NCBI GenBank assembly: GCA_011042225.1
Contig: DQXT01000052.1
Coordinates: 1 to 52,151, forward strand
From: Deltaproteobacteria bacterium
GTDB taxonomy: Bacteria > Desulfobacterota > Dissulfuribacteria > Dissulfuribacterales > UBA3076
Direction of reading: 5' to 3'
Length of the DNA: 52,151 nt
Shown piece by piece: positions 1 through 10,981 of this stretch. The notes under the pieces were generated by a model. The model was not told the DNA's origin and searched no databases. It saw only the letters and a program-made list of their open reading frames with translations. Position numbers and translations under genes: made by a program. Numbering within the stretch: the first letter of the stretch is position 1; each line of letters starts with the position of its first letter.

Positions 1-108
1 AGTGAGACGCCTGTACATCTCGCCTAGAGATGCGTTTTTCCCACCGACCAAAGGTACGTCTTTGATCGCAATTTCGTTAAACCAGAGAATAAATGGCCTA
101 TCATTCAT
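1..108 (-). CDS. ppsA: phosphoenolpyruvate synthase (pyruvate, water dikinase); first 36 codons only, the gene runs off the left edge
   Basis: The reverse complement of 1-108 reads MNDRPFILWFNEIAIKDVPLVGGKNASLGEMYRRLT with no stop. The VGGKNASLGEM block is the conserved PpsA N-terminus. GGAG (120-117, minus strand) lies 8 nt upstream of the ATG at 108-106. Confidence 0.75.
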   Translation of the reverse strand, partial: MNDRPFILWFNEIAIKDVPLVGGKNASLGEMYRRLT

Positions 109-1334
109 AATCAGTACTCCTTGTCTTTAACGTTAGTTTCGTCTCTATTTGTCATTCCGCCGTATTATAGGAGAGATTAACTCTCTCTTTTTATTATATA
201 AGCGATTTATGATAAGACGAATATTACAATTAGATTTGCCGGATCATAACCGTTCGCAGTTTTATGGCATGGCTTCTCTGTCTTTCTCCTTGTCTGCCTT
301 TGGCAGCCAGTTATTTTTTATAGAACCGATGCTTTTAAAGAAATTTTCTCTTCTTGTTGCTTTAGTAAAACAATATGATGTAAATGTTTTTATAATATCT
401 GCCAACATAACAGGCCTTCTGTCAACCCTTAGGGTATGGAAAATAACGACCTGGCACTTCTTTGCCCATCTTTATCACGTCTTTAATTGATATTTAATCG
501 CAAAATCTTTGAATTACACTGCTGGTCCTGCGGTTTTACTAAAACGGATAGACTAAATCTATAGCAAATTAGGGCGCATATTCTAACAATTTATTTTTTA
601 AAGGCCCTTAATAAAATCTTGCATTACAAACCGTTTACAAAAGGTGCGGAAGAGCGCTTTGGCTGCTTACCATTAAGTATTCCACTATACTGCAATTGAT
701 CAGAATTACCAAATGCTTACTACTGATTTTCGTTCCGGCCAACAGGTTATTACAAAAGCAATTGTCTAAAAAACATCGGCGTTTGGTTGATCCATACTCT
801 ACTATCAATTGAGAGTCTCAATAGATTTCAAATACTTATACAAAATGCGTTGCTTTTCAGTATATTTGATCATATAATCGTCTGTGAGGATAAAAATTCA
901 AAGAGGATGGCAAATCCATCAAGATGTCGGATGCTGAAATTGCCAGAAGACTTAGGGAAACCTTCCCTTAGGAACCTGACCGGACAGTAAAAACTGCTCC
1001 TGCAAAAAGGTTTTATACGGATAATCCTGCCTATACATTTCTGTTTCTGGTCGTCTCCATCCGGCTGCGAGCATAGAGAGACATCGCGGCCATGGTTTCC
1101 AGACTGGTGCCTTTAAATAGTCTATGCTTATGCTTCGCAGAAAACAGTAAAAGAAATGCATTCCATGTTTACTCAGGTTATCAGGATTTGACTTTTGAAG
1201 GAGAAAAAGATTAGAACTGGATCCTGTAATAAGGGCTGATGACATCCTGAAATTGTCTTTATCTTTAATAGCTTGAGTATTAGAGAGTAAAGATCATCTT
1301 TAATATAGATCTCAAAGAAAGGGGGAACAGCATT

Positions 1335-3077
1335 ATGGGAAAACTGGGCAAAATACTTGCGATGGTTTTAGTGTTCATCTGTGTAATATTGGCTGGGCTA
1401 TCGCTTTTTGTACATTTCTATCTGACTGAAGACCGTATAAAGGCACTGGTAATTCCCCGGGCGGAAAAGACCCTGGGCAGAACTGTTCAGATCGCCGGAA
1501 TCGACGTAGGCCTTTTCAGCGGCATTACTGTTAAAGACTTTAGCGTGAAGGAAGCGGACGGTCATACTGATTTTGTTAGTACAAAAAAATTTGTGCTGCG
1601 CTATGATTTTTTACCCCTGCTCCATAAAGAAATAGTAGTGAGTAAAATACGCCTTGATGCCCCGTATGTAAGGGTATGTCGCGACAAAGGCGGGTGTTTT
1701 AATTTTGAGACACTGGCGGTGTTAGCCGATGCTCAGCCCGAAAAACAGAAACCAGAGAACACCGGAAAGCCTTCATCAGCCTCCCTCCCCCTGGCACTCA
1801 CAGTGAATGAGGTAATTGTTGATAATGCGCAATTTGTTATCAGCGATGCGCTCAAGGAGATTCCCGATACAGACTTAAGGGCCGACCTCAAGGTCGCTTT
1901 AGATGTCGGCCGTGATCTGACATCGCTGCGATATCAGGGAGATCTGCGTTTTGACGCAGATACCGAATATGGAGAACTCAGGCCCCATATTTTTGGAAAG
2001 AGCGATTTTGATCAGGATCGGCTGGGCTACACGGTTGACGTCAACCTGGAAAAGGAGCAGATTCGCCTAAGCGGAGATGTGAAAAATTATGCAAAACAGC
2101 CTGAGGTCCGGTTAGACGTATCAAGCGATAGCATTAATATAGACTACCTTCTTGTCCTTGCAGCGGGTTTGCCTGCGAAAGCTCAAGATGGAGGAAAGGG
2201 GAATTCTAAAGATATAAAAATAAAAATAAATTCCACTGCCGCCCCTGGATCAGCTTTGCCCCTCGGTCTCAAGGCTGCAGGAGAGGTCAGGATTGGTCAG
2301 ATCCTGTATAGAGGGCTTGCGGCAAAGGATTTCTTGCTACAATACAGTCTTGATAAAGACATCTTAACTGTGAAGGATCTCTCCACCAAGGTGGCTGATG
2401 GACAGGTAAACAGCAAAATAAAGGTGGATATTAATAAGCCCGGCTTGGCGTATGATGGACAATTCGATATCAAATCCGTTAAGGTGGAGGGTTTACTGGC
2501 ATCTCTGGCACCTAAGGCCAAGGACATGATATCCGGTACATTGCAGTCCCATTTAACCTTTTCCGGAGCCGGTACCGAATGGCCCAAGCTCGGCGATGTC
2601 CTCATTCTTGACGGCACATATGGCCTTCACGACGGGCGGGTCAGCAATACTCCTGTTACCGTGGCAATAGCCAAACTACTCGGCCTTGATGAACTTAACA
2701 ACATGTCCTTTGAAGACCTTGATGGTTCGATCCATATTACTGATGGCCAGATGGATATTGAAACCCGAATGACGGGCAAGCATGTCAATGCCGAAGCCAA
2801 CGGGTCTGTTGGCCTTGACGGCAAGCTGAATCTGCCAGTCAGCCTGCATTTTTCTCCTGAGTTGAGTAAAAGGCTTAGAAAGCGTGCTTCAGTGACCAAA
2901 TACCTTGCGGACCAAACAGGTGAGATAGATATAAGCCTCAAACTTGCCGGCACTGTGACACGTCCGTACCCCACTCTGGATACAGCAGGGGTACAGAAAC
3001 AGATAAAAGAGACTATTCGTAAAAAGGCCATGGAGGAATTGGGAAGGGCATTTTCAGGAGAAAAAAAGGCCAGGTAA
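1335..3077 (+). CDS. AsmA-family outer-membrane biogenesis protein
   Basis: 580-aa ORF with a GGGGGA RBS and one N-terminal TM helix (ILAMVLVFICVILAGLSLFVHF). The rest is a long beta-rich periplasmic body. The N-terminal block (GRTVQIAGIDVGLFSGITVKDFSV...LRYDFLPLL) resembles the AsmA domain. Confidence 0.65.
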   Translation: MGKLGKILAMVLVFICVILAGLSLFVHFYLTEDRIKALVIPRAEKTLGRTVQIAGIDVGLFSGITVKDFSVKEADGHTDFVSTKKFVLRYDFLPLLHKEIVVSKIRLDAPYVRVCRDKGGCFNFETLAVLADAQPEKQKPENTGKPSSASLPLALTVNEVIVDNAQFVISDALKEIPDTDLRADLKVALDVGRDLTSLRYQGDLRFDADTEYGELRPHIFGKSDFDQDRLGYTVDVNLEKEQIRLSGDVKNYAKQPEVRLDVSSDSINIDYLLVLAAGLPAKAQDGGKGNSKDIKIKINSTAAPGSALPLGLKAAGEVRIGQILYRGLAAKDFLLQYSLDKDILTVKDLSTKVADGQVNSKIKVDINKPGLAYDGQFDIKSVKVEGLLASLAPKAKDMISGTLQSHLTFSGAGTEWPKLGDVLILDGTYGLHDGRVSNTPVTVAIAKLLGLDELNNMSFEDLDGSIHITDGQMDIETRMTGKHVNAEANGSVGLDGKLNLPVSLHFSPELSKRLRKRASVTKYLADQTGEIDISLKLAGTVTRPYPTLDTAGVQKQIKETIRKKAMEELGRAFSGEKKAR

Positions 3078-3346
3078 GGGAAGTGGCAGGAAGTCCCCTC
3101 AGAGATTTGATAGATACTTTATCTTTTTTATTTGGCTGACAATTTCCTGCAATTGAGGTCATAAGTTGTCTCCCTCGTTGCGGCACTGATTGAGGTGGTC
3201 CAGGTTTTCACGAGATATTGAAAATCCTGTGTCCTATTTTTTCGAATGGTGCTAAAAATTTTAGTGCGTGATGCCTGGGGCGGCGTTTAAGTCCGAATCG
3301 CAAAAAGCGATTTTATATCCGACGCTCAAGCACTCAATTTGTCTCT

Positions 3347-4131
3347 ATGCCTTTTTACAAAAACAAGGAGCAAAAAATGCAGGACGAAATAAAGACCGCA
3401 CAAAAACTGATCGAAGTAATTATTGATTTCTTTGTCAATTACAGTTTTCAAGTAATCGGTGCTATTTTTGTCCTTGTCATTGGTTTGCTGGTTGCAAGGT
3501 CAGTGGCTTCCTTTCTTTTACGGCTTTTTGAAAGAAAAAACATAGATGTTACCCTGTCAAAATTTATTGCCGCTACCTCCAAGGGTATCATAATCGGTTT
3601 TGCAATCGTTATCGCCATGGGCAAATTTGGAATAACCATAGCCCCCTTTATCGCTGCACTCGCTGCGATGGCCTTTGGGGCCAGCTTTGCGATTCAAGGG
3701 CCGGTGGCAAATTATGGCGCTGGCCTTGTGATTATCCTTACTCGACCATTCGTTGTCGGCAATACGATATCTGTTTCCGGGGTCAGCGGCATCGTGGATG
3801 AAGTCACTCTCGGAGCTACAATTTTAACAGACGAAGACGGAGTGAAAATAACTATTCCCAACAAATATATAGTGGGTGAAATTTTACATAACTCAAAAGA
3901 AAAAAGATCGTGGAGGAGATCGTCGGAATTCAGAAATTCAATGACTCATCAATCGACATCGGTTTGCGCTATTGGATACCCAGCCGAAAATATTTTAATA
4001 TACTCTATCAGGTAAACTTGGCAGTCTACAGACAGTTGAAAGCAGGTGATATAAAGATTCCTTTTCCTCAAAGAGACGTTCATATTGTTTCTCGATCTCA
4101 GGATGAACCGTCCACGACTTCACAGATTTGA
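3347..4131 (+). pseudogene. small-conductance mechanosensitive channel (MscS family), split by a frameshift in a poly-A run
   Basis: ORF 3347-4015 encodes the TM helices and beta domain (ISVSGVSGIVDEVTLGATILTDEDGVKITIPNKYIVGEILHNSKEK), then runs into nonsense. ORF 3910-4131, in another frame, continues the MscS C-terminal domain (IVEEIVGIQKFNDSSIDIGLRYWIP...IKIPFPQRDVHI). One extra A in the A6 run at 3900-3905 restores NSKEKKIVEEIVG. Confidence 0.8.
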
Positions 4132-4275
4132 AAAAATCGGCTCCCTGACGTTTCATAATGGATTTTCGGAAAGATCCGGATATGGGCAGCGAGAAGATAA
4201 TATGATGAAAAACGTATCATCGTTTCTATATAATAATGACCCTTAATTTGACAACTTGGCGCAGTCATCACTTGA

Positions 4276-4626
4276 TTAACTGTCAATACGTTCAGTTGCG
4301 CCTGGAGTGCTCTTGCCCGGACGGACTGAACGGTTATTACATATATAATTGCCTCCCTCTATACGCAGGCCTATACCCTTTACTATTGCAGTGGATACCG
4401 TTTTTCTGGCTGCTGCCAGAATTCGCCCAAAGGTCTGTCTGGAAATACCCATCCTTAAAGAAGCAGCGTCCTGATCCATGCCTTCCATATCACTCATACG
4501 CAATGCCTCAAAACCTTCAACAGTTAGAACAACTTCATCGAGACCGCGCAGCGGTATACCCCTTGGCTTGAAATAGGTTACCGCAGGTTCTTGATCAACT
4601 CTTCGCCATTTAGGGGGTCTAGCCAT
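4276..4626 (-). CDS. DUF134 (UPF0251) putative DNA-binding protein
   Basis: 116 aa. PPKWRRV...YFKPRGIPLRGLDEVVLTVEGFEALRMSDMEGMDQDAASLRMGISRQTFGRIL...RIEGG matches the DUF134 signature along its whole length. Confidence 0.8.
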   Translation of the reverse strand: MARPPKWRRVDQEPAVTYFKPRGIPLRGLDEVVLTVEGFEALRMSDMEGMDQDAASLRMGISRQTFGRILAAARKTVSTAIVKGIGLRIEGGNYICNNRSVRPGKSTPGATERIDS

Positions 4627-4641
4627 ATTTCCTCCTCTGAC

Positions 4642-5754
4642 TTAGGTGTTCAATACTTTATTCAGAGACTCGATACACCTTATATTTTCTTCAGGGAGAC
4701 CAACAGTAATCCGGATGTGATTTGGTAAACCATATGCCGTCATTGCCCGAACAATGACTCCTTCCCTGAGCATCTTCTCATAGACTGTTTCGGCATTCGT
4801 ACCTATATCCACAAGAACGAAATTGGCCTCACTGGGCATTACCCTGCATCCCAATTTCTCAAGTTTTTCCGTGAGAAAATTTATACCCTGCCAAACGGCA
4901 TCAACGGTTTTTTTAAGGTGTTGATGGTCATCCAGGGCTGCAACTGCCCCTATCTGGGCCAAGGTATTAACATTAAAGGGCTGCCGGACCCGTTCCAGAT
5001 ATTGGGCCACCTCTTTGTCCATAACCCCATAGCCCACTCGAAGTCCGGCCAGACCATAGGCCTTTGAAAAGGTCCGAAGGGCTACGACTCTCTTGTCCAG
5101 CTTCATACATTCCACTGCCTTTATTGTATGCTCGGCCTTCACAAATTCAATATAGGCCTCATCCAGAACTATTAGTAAATGATCAGGAAGATCTTTGAGA
5201 AATGCATCAAAGTCTTTGTGGTGAATGATTGTGCCCGTAGGATTATTGGGGTTATCCAGAAAGATCAGGCGGGTTTTGGGGGTAACTGCGCTTGCTATGT
5301 TCTCAAGGTCATGATGATAGTCTGAAAGGGGAAGGACTACATTGATCCCCCCCGCGGCCTGCACCATCTTATAATATACAAGAAAACTTGGATTACTACT
5401 TATTGCTTCGTAACCTGGTCTTATAAAAACCCTTATCAAAAAATCTATCAACTCATTGGATCCATTGCCAAGTACTATTTCCTCAGAAGATATTCCCAGC
5501 ATATCGGCAAGCTTTCCCTTGAGGTAGTAACCACTACCGTCGGGATAGCGGTGCAGAGAAGATACTGCATTACTTATGGCCTCCCGGGCCTTTGAAGACG
5601 GCCCCAATAAGTTTTCATTAGAGGCAAGTTTGATAGCATTCTTTATTCCATACTCTCTTTCGAGTTCTTCAAGGGGCTTACCTGGAGGATAAGGGATAAG
5701 GTCTAAGAGATATTGCGGGACTTCAAAGAATAAAGGTTTTGATTTATTAAACAT
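4642..5754 (-). CDS. hisC: histidinol-phosphate aminotransferase
   Basis: 370 aa. Carries LASNENLLGPS, YPDGSGYYLK and the PLP-lysine block TFSKAYGLAGLRVGY. Confidence 0.9.
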   Translation of the reverse strand: MFNKSKPLFFEVPQYLLDLIPYPPGKPLEELEREYGIKNAIKLASNENLLGPSSKAREAISNAVSSLHRYPDGSGYYLKGKLADMLGISSEEIVLGNGSNELIDFLIRVFIRPGYEAISSNPSFLVYYKMVQAAGGINVVLPLSDYHHDLENIASAVTPKTRLIFLDNPNNPTGTIIHHKDFDAFLKDLPDHLLIVLDEAYIEFVKAEHTIKAVECMKLDKRVVALRTFSKAYGLAGLRVGYGVMDKEVAQYLERVRQPFNVNTLAQIGAVAALDDHQHLKKTVDAVWQGINFLTEKLEKLGCRVMPSEANFVLVDIGTNAETVYEKMLREGVIVRAMTAYGLPNHIRITVGLPEENIRCIESLNKVLNT

Positions 5755-5816
5755 ATACTGATCCTTAATTTTCTGACATAATGAAACGATCTATTGGGCA
5801 TTTATGTTACACAAAC

Positions 5817-7328
5817 TTAACCGGTTTTTGCAGTTCTCGAATACAGCTTGTGTTCTTCCAGCCCGAGATTCGGATTAACATCCACCCTGATTTCGACATC
5901 AAAATTTTTTTCAAGGTTATAGAGTTCTAATCGTTTGCGATTGAGCAAGTATGATACGACCTGAGGAGAGGCCTCCAGCACAAGTTGTCCTGAATTCTTT
6001 TCATGAATACATGCCAAATGAGCACTGATTCGTCTTAAGTCTGCAAGCGCGAGGGCCTCAACGGACATAACCACCCCTCTTCCATTACAGTAAGGACAGG
6101 AGCAATAGCTGCCTAATTGCACGGGAGAGCGGATTTTCTGGCGCACCAGTTCGAGAACACCAAATCGCGAAATCCTCGCAATTTCCGTCCTGGCACGGTC
6201 CTTTTTAAGGCACTCCCTCATGTGTTTTTCCACCTGCTGCCTGTAGGACCTGTTACGCATATCAATAAAATCAACGACTATTATTCCGCCCAGGTCCCTG
6301 AGACGCAGTTGTCTTGCTATTTCCTCAGCAGCCTCCAAATTGGTCTTTAGCGCGGTCTCCTCAATATTTTTTTCTCTGACGTTTTTGCCGGAATTCACAT
6401 CTATAGATACCAGGGCCTCAGTTGGTTCTATAATAATAAACGCCCCTGAGGGCAGACTGACTCTGGGGTTATATACTTGATCTATCAGGGTCTCAAGATC
6501 GAAGTGTGAAAAAATGGGGACATCCCCTTGGTATAAACGTAAAGTAGCCAACTGTCTTGGGGCAATAATGCGAAGAAAGGCCTTGATATTATCATAGGCC
6601 TCCTGCCGGTCTACCAAAATTTCTCCAACATCGCTTGTAAGATAGTCCCTTAGAAACCGTTTTACGAGATCACGGTCTCTATAAATCAGGGTTGGGGCCT
6701 GAGCGGACTGGGCCTTTTTCCTCAAGTTGCTCCAGAGTCGAACCAAGTATCTGAGATCCTTAAGGATATCTGCTTTTGGAACGCCTTCAGCGACTGTACG
6801 GGCAATAAGCCCCACACCTTCAGGCAACTTGCATGCCTTTAAGATCTGCTTAAGCCTTTGGCGTTCCTCCTCATCCTCAATTTTTCTGGATACTCCTACT
6901 TGAGCAGTACCGGGCATCAGTACCAGGTACCTTGCCGGAATTGATAGATAGGTTGTTACCGCAGGACCTTTTAGGTGGGTTTCTTCCTTGACTATTTGAA
7001 CAAGAATGTCCTGATCCTTTTTTAAAAATTTCTGTATATGTCTTTTATTCTCAGCATATCCATAGTATTCGGGGTGTATATCAGCTAAGGGCAGATAGCC
7101 GTTTCTGAAAAGGCCGATATCGACAAAAGCCGCTTGCAGGCTCGGCTCTACTTTTATTATTCGACCCTTATAGAGATTACCCCTGGTCTGGGTATGGGAA
7201 AATGTTTCAATATCAAAGGCCTCAAGACGTCCATCCTCAAGAAGGCCAATTCTGCATTCCTCTGGCGCCTCCATGTTGATTACAATCTGGCAATTGCCGG
7301 CTTTGCTTGATTTTTTACTTGTTTTCAT
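5817..7328 (-). CDS. rng: ribonuclease G / Rne-Rng family endoribonuclease
   Basis: 503 aa. N-terminal S1 domain (GNLYKGRIIKVEPSLQAAFVDIG), catalytic block IDVNSG and a zinc-link CPYCNGRG. The size fits RNase G rather than RNase E. Confidence 0.85.
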   Translation of the reverse strand: MKTSKKSSKAGNCQIVINMEAPEECRIGLLEDGRLEAFDIETFSHTQTRGNLYKGRIIKVEPSLQAAFVDIGLFRNGYLPLADIHPEYYGYAENKRHIQKFLKKDQDILVQIVKEETHLKGPAVTTYLSIPARYLVLMPGTAQVGVSRKIEDEEERQRLKQILKACKLPEGVGLIARTVAEGVPKADILKDLRYLVRLWSNLRKKAQSAQAPTLIYRDRDLVKRFLRDYLTSDVGEILVDRQEAYDNIKAFLRIIAPRQLATLRLYQGDVPIFSHFDLETLIDQVYNPRVSLPSGAFIIIEPTEALVSIDVNSGKNVREKNIEETALKTNLEAAEEIARQLRLRDLGGIIVVDFIDMRNRSYRQQVEKHMRECLKKDRARTEIARISRFGVLELVRQKIRSPVQLGSYCSCPYCNGRGVVMSVEALALADLRRISAHLACIHEKNSGQLVLEASPQVVSYLLNRKRLELYNLEKNFDVEIRVDVNPNLGLEEHKLYSRTAKTG

Positions 7329-7627
7329 ATTAATTTTCGTCTACTCCTAAACACCGGCAGAATTTTAATTTATATTGCTTGAAAGACCTGTTTATCATAT
7401 CTAACTGATGGAGATTCCTAAATTATCAACTTACTTTATATTGAGCAAGTGCTCTGTCAAGCGTGTATTTCGCCTTTAAGCATATTGAGGGCTGTCCTCA
7501 TATCTGCCCGTGCATGTTATGCACCGCACACAGACAGGTATGGGCAACTGGCCTGCAAGCCGGCTCTCAAAGGTAATAAAGACATTACCCCGAATAGTGA
7601 ATTTTGAAACTGGGAACATATAAAAAT

Positions 7628-8587
7628 ATGTCGGAAAAAAATAAAATACAACTTGCACTCCTTTGTGGAGGACGTTCTGCGGAAAGGGATGTTTCCCTCG
7701 CAGGGGCAAAGGAGGTGAAAAAGGCCCTTGATCCAAGCCGCTATGATATCAGGTGCTATGATCCGGCCAAGGACCTTGCCCGACTTGTCAAAGATGCGCC
7801 GAGTCTTGATGTTGCTTTCATACTCCTCCACGGTCGTTACGGAGAAGATGGAACCATACAGGGTCTTCTGGATCTCATCGGTTTACCTTATCAGGGTTCG
7901 GGAGTCCTGGGCAGCGCCTTGGCCATGGACAAACTGCTTACCAAAATAATTTATCAAGAGGCCGGAATACCGACACCTCCGTGGATTAACCTCCTTCAAA
8001 GCGACAAAGTGTACATAAAGAAAATTGTGAATCACTTAGGTATTCCCCTCATAGTTAAACCCTGCAGCCAAGGATCAAGCGTTGGAATAAGAAAAGTGCT
8101 GGATGAAAACGAACTTTATCCCGCCATAAAAGAGGCCTTTCAATGGGACAACAGAGTTCTTGTTGAATCTTTCATAGAGGGAAAGGATATCACCGTGGGA
8201 ATTCTGGGTCTTGAGAAGCTTTTGCCGCTTCCCGCGGTTGAAATCATTCCTGGCTCGAGCTATTCATTTTTTGATTATAACGCAAAATACTTGCCCGGGG
8301 CCACCAAAGAGATCTGTCCGGCAAATATACCGAAGGAGGCATCAGAAACAGCCAAGGCCATGGCCGTTGCCGCTCATAAGGCCTTACAACTGCGGGCCTA
8401 TAGCCGTACAGACATGATTCTTTCAAACACCGGTACGATATTCGCCCTGGAAACTAATACAATTCCAGGGATGACTTCTACAAGCCTATTTCCCCAAGCC
8501 GCTGAAGCAGCTGGATTTTCCTTTAGCAAACTACTTGATAAACTCATTGATATGGCATTGTCTGAGACGGTTCAGTCATATCATTGA
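7628..8587 (+). CDS. ddl: D-alanine--D-alanine ligase
   Basis: MSEKNKIQLALLCGGRSAERDVSL..., HGRYGEDGTIQGLLD, ATP-grasp body and EINTIPGMT-like ETNTIPGMTSTSLFP. The ORF track starts at TTG 7604; ATG 7628 gives the usual N-terminus. Confidence 0.9.
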   Translation: MSEKNKIQLALLCGGRSAERDVSLAGAKEVKKALDPSRYDIRCYDPAKDLARLVKDAPSLDVAFILLHGRYGEDGTIQGLLDLIGLPYQGSGVLGSALAMDKLLTKIIYQEAGIPTPPWINLLQSDKVYIKKIVNHLGIPLIVKPCSQGSSVGIRKVLDENELYPAIKEAFQWDNRVLVESFIEGKDITVGILGLEKLLPLPAVEIIPGSSYSFFDYNAKYLPGATKEICPANIPKEASETAKAMAVAAHKALQLRAYSRTDMILSNTGTIFALETNTIPGMTSTSLFPQAAEAAGFSFSKLLDKLIDMALSETVQSYH

Positions 8588-8947
8588 AACAAAATTTCAA
8601 AAATGGCCTCAAAATATTGAACAAAACTTCTGAAAAAACCGACAGAGATAATAACTAAAGATTCATTCATAGACATAAATGCGTAAATACTCAAAAAAAG
8701 TGCCTTCGAACAGATATAAAATTGTAATGATCAGTTAATTGTTTCTCGATAACATACAAAAAAGACTGGCAATTTGAATGAAAAATTATATACTTAGGCA
8801 ATTTATACAGAAAAATGCTCACGATATGGAACACTATCGGATTTTTAGTAAATCCACCCTTGGCAAAAACAAAAATTCTGGATAATATCGACACGAAAAC
8901 ACCCAAGAGGTTGGCAATGTCGAATCAGCATATCTCAAGCAAGACCT

Positions 8948-10741
8948 ATGAATTTTTATTCTCTTAAAAAAGCAACCCTTCTTTTTGTTCTGTGTCTCAC
9001 CTTTGGCTGTTCCGCAGCCACGGTCAAAAACGTAAATCACAACGGATTTTCTGCCAATTGCACCTTCGAAGAAGAAACTAATATTCAGGATATCGCAGAA
9101 CAGTTAGATCGCATTCCTTTATCAGAACATGCAAAAGTAGCTACTATAGAACTTTTAGAGGATCCAGTGGATGGCATTAAAATCAAAGAAACGGATAGAG
9201 AACAAGATTTTTTAGACGCCGCCCTGGACTATTGCAAAATATCCAAGGAATTCTGGATTGAAGGTTACCTCAGTAAAGCCATCGATGCCCTGGATCAGGC
9301 GTATGAGTTCATCCTAAAGGTAGATCCGGGAAGTGATCCGGAATTTATCCAACAAAAGGAAGATCTGAGATTTATGATCTCCAAACGCATTTTGGAAATT
9401 CATGCATCGCGATATACCGCTGTAAACGGAAATCATAATGCCATACCACTGATCATGAACAGCTATGTAAAACAGGAAATTCAGAGTTTCCAGGGACGCG
9501 AAAAAAAGTTCTTTATAGAGTCCTATAAACGTTCAGGAAAGTACCGGGACAAAATCGTTAATTCCTTAAAGGAAGCAGGACTGCCGGAAGAACTCTCATG
9601 GCTGCCACTTATCGAGAGTGGATTCAAAGTAAAGGCATTATCCGGCGCCCGCGCCCTCGGGCTGTGGCAATTTATCCCCTCCACGGGCTATAAATTCGGT
9701 TTGAACAGGGATACCTGGATAGACGAAAGAATGGATCCTGCCAAATCCACTGATGCAGCCATTGCATATTTAAAGGAATTGCACCAGATATTTGGGGACT
9801 GGACCACTGTTCTTGCAGCATATAACTGCGGTGAAGGGACGGTCCTGCAAAAAATTCGCAGGCAGAAAATTAATTATCTTGACAATTTTTGGGATCTATA
9901 CGAGAAGCTTCCGAGGGAAACCGCTCGTTATGTTCCCAGATTCTTGGCTACGCTTCATATAATGAAAGATCCGGAAAAATATGGGATAACTCTTGATGAA
10001 CCAGATAAACCGATACCATATGAAGAGGTAACCATAGAAAAACAAATCCACATAAAAACACTTGCTAAAAACCTGGATATACCCGCTGAAGACCTGGCCG
10101 CATTGAACCCGGAGCTTCGCTATAATGTCACTCCAGGTACTCCCTATGCCATCAAAACTCCACTGGGAAAAGGCGAAAGTCTTCTTGCCAAAATTGCGGA
10201 CATTCAGGAGTGGTCTCCACCTGAAAGGGCTTATGTGTATCACAAGGTTAGAAAAGGAGAGACACTTTCTTTTATAGCCACTAAGTATCATACGAGCATT
10301 CGGAATATTATGTGGGCAAATAATATTCGTAAAAAACATTTTATAAAATCTGGACAAAAACTAAAGATACCCGTTGCAGGCAGAGGAACGTCAAAATTAT
10401 TGGCCAAAGGTGCTGCAAGTCTTCATAATGGGAAATATACAGTAAAAAAGGGAGACTCGCTGTGGCTTATCGCCAGAAATTTCAACACAACAACAAAAGA
10501 AATTTACAGGCTCAACAACTTGTCTTCAACCCGCCTTCATGTCGGCCAAAAGTTACAAATTGTAGAAGAAGAGTCCCAAACTAAAAGCAGCAAGAAAGAA
10601 ATATATTACGTTAAACATGGAGATACCCCTTCACAAATCGCTAGTAAGCACAGTATATCCCTGTCCCGATTGCTTCACATCAACAATCTGGATATGGGAT
10701 CTAAAATATATCCCGGACAGGTGCTTGTAGTCAGCAACTAG
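8948..10741 (+). CDS. mltD: lipoprotein lytic murein transglycosylase with three C-terminal LysM domains (MltD-type)
   Basis: Lipobox LTFGC. SLT catalytic block LPLIESGFKVKALSGARALGLWQFIPSTG...AAYNCGEG. Three LysM repeats (YHKVRKGETLSFIATKY, YTVKKGDSLWLIARNF, YYVKHGDTPSQIASKH). Confidence 0.75.
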   Translation: MNFYSLKKATLLFVLCLTFGCSAATVKNVNHNGFSANCTFEEETNIQDIAEQLDRIPLSEHAKVATIELLEDPVDGIKIKETDREQDFLDAALDYCKISKEFWIEGYLSKAIDALDQAYEFILKVDPGSDPEFIQQKEDLRFMISKRILEIHASRYTAVNGNHNAIPLIMNSYVKQEIQSFQGREKKFFIESYKRSGKYRDKIVNSLKEAGLPEELSWLPLIESGFKVKALSGARALGLWQFIPSTGYKFGLNRDTWIDERMDPAKSTDAAIAYLKELHQIFGDWTTVLAAYNCGEGTVLQKIRRQKINYLDNFWDLYEKLPRETARYVPRFLATLHIMKDPEKYGITLDEPDKPIPYEEVTIEKQIHIKTLAKNLDIPAEDLAALNPELRYNVTPGTPYAIKTPLGKGESLLAKIADIQEWSPPERAYVYHKVRKGETLSFIATKYHTSIRNIMWANNIRKKHFIKSGQKLKIPVAGRGTSKLLAKGAASLHNGKYTVKKGDSLWLIARNFNTTTKEIYRLNNLSSTRLHVGQKLQIVEEESQTKSSKKEIYYVKHGDTPSQIASKHSISLSRLLHINNLDMGSKIYPGQVLVVSN

Positions 10742-10981
10742 TCATAGAAAATCATACAGGTTATCCTTGCTTAAACTGCAAAAAGTCTGAAACATGGTCC
10801 CGTTTAAAAATCCTGAGACGCAAGGCGCTGAATCTTTCAGAAATGAGACATACTTATTGTACATCGCAGTGACTTGTTTACCGAAAGGCATAGACAGGCC
10901 GGGAAAACGATTTTATAAATAGTCGTCAAAATAACTCCAGGCAGGAAGTATCGGCATAAACAAAAGGAGAATATCGCAATT

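Noticed and set aside
452-465. Sigma-54-like element TGGCACTTCTTTGC.
   Set aside because: The GG and GC dinucleotides are separated by 9 nt instead of the canonical 10, and no gene lies downstream in the right orientation.
149-1245. ORFs 149-490, 787-990 and 952-1245, plus a short HTH-like frame near 889-966, considered as a possible transposase or regulator remnant.
   Set aside because: There is no RBS, the composition is implausible and the HTH-like piece is only about 25 codons between stops. No inverted repeats or other mobile-element signatures were seen, so these are reported only as an unexplained spacer.
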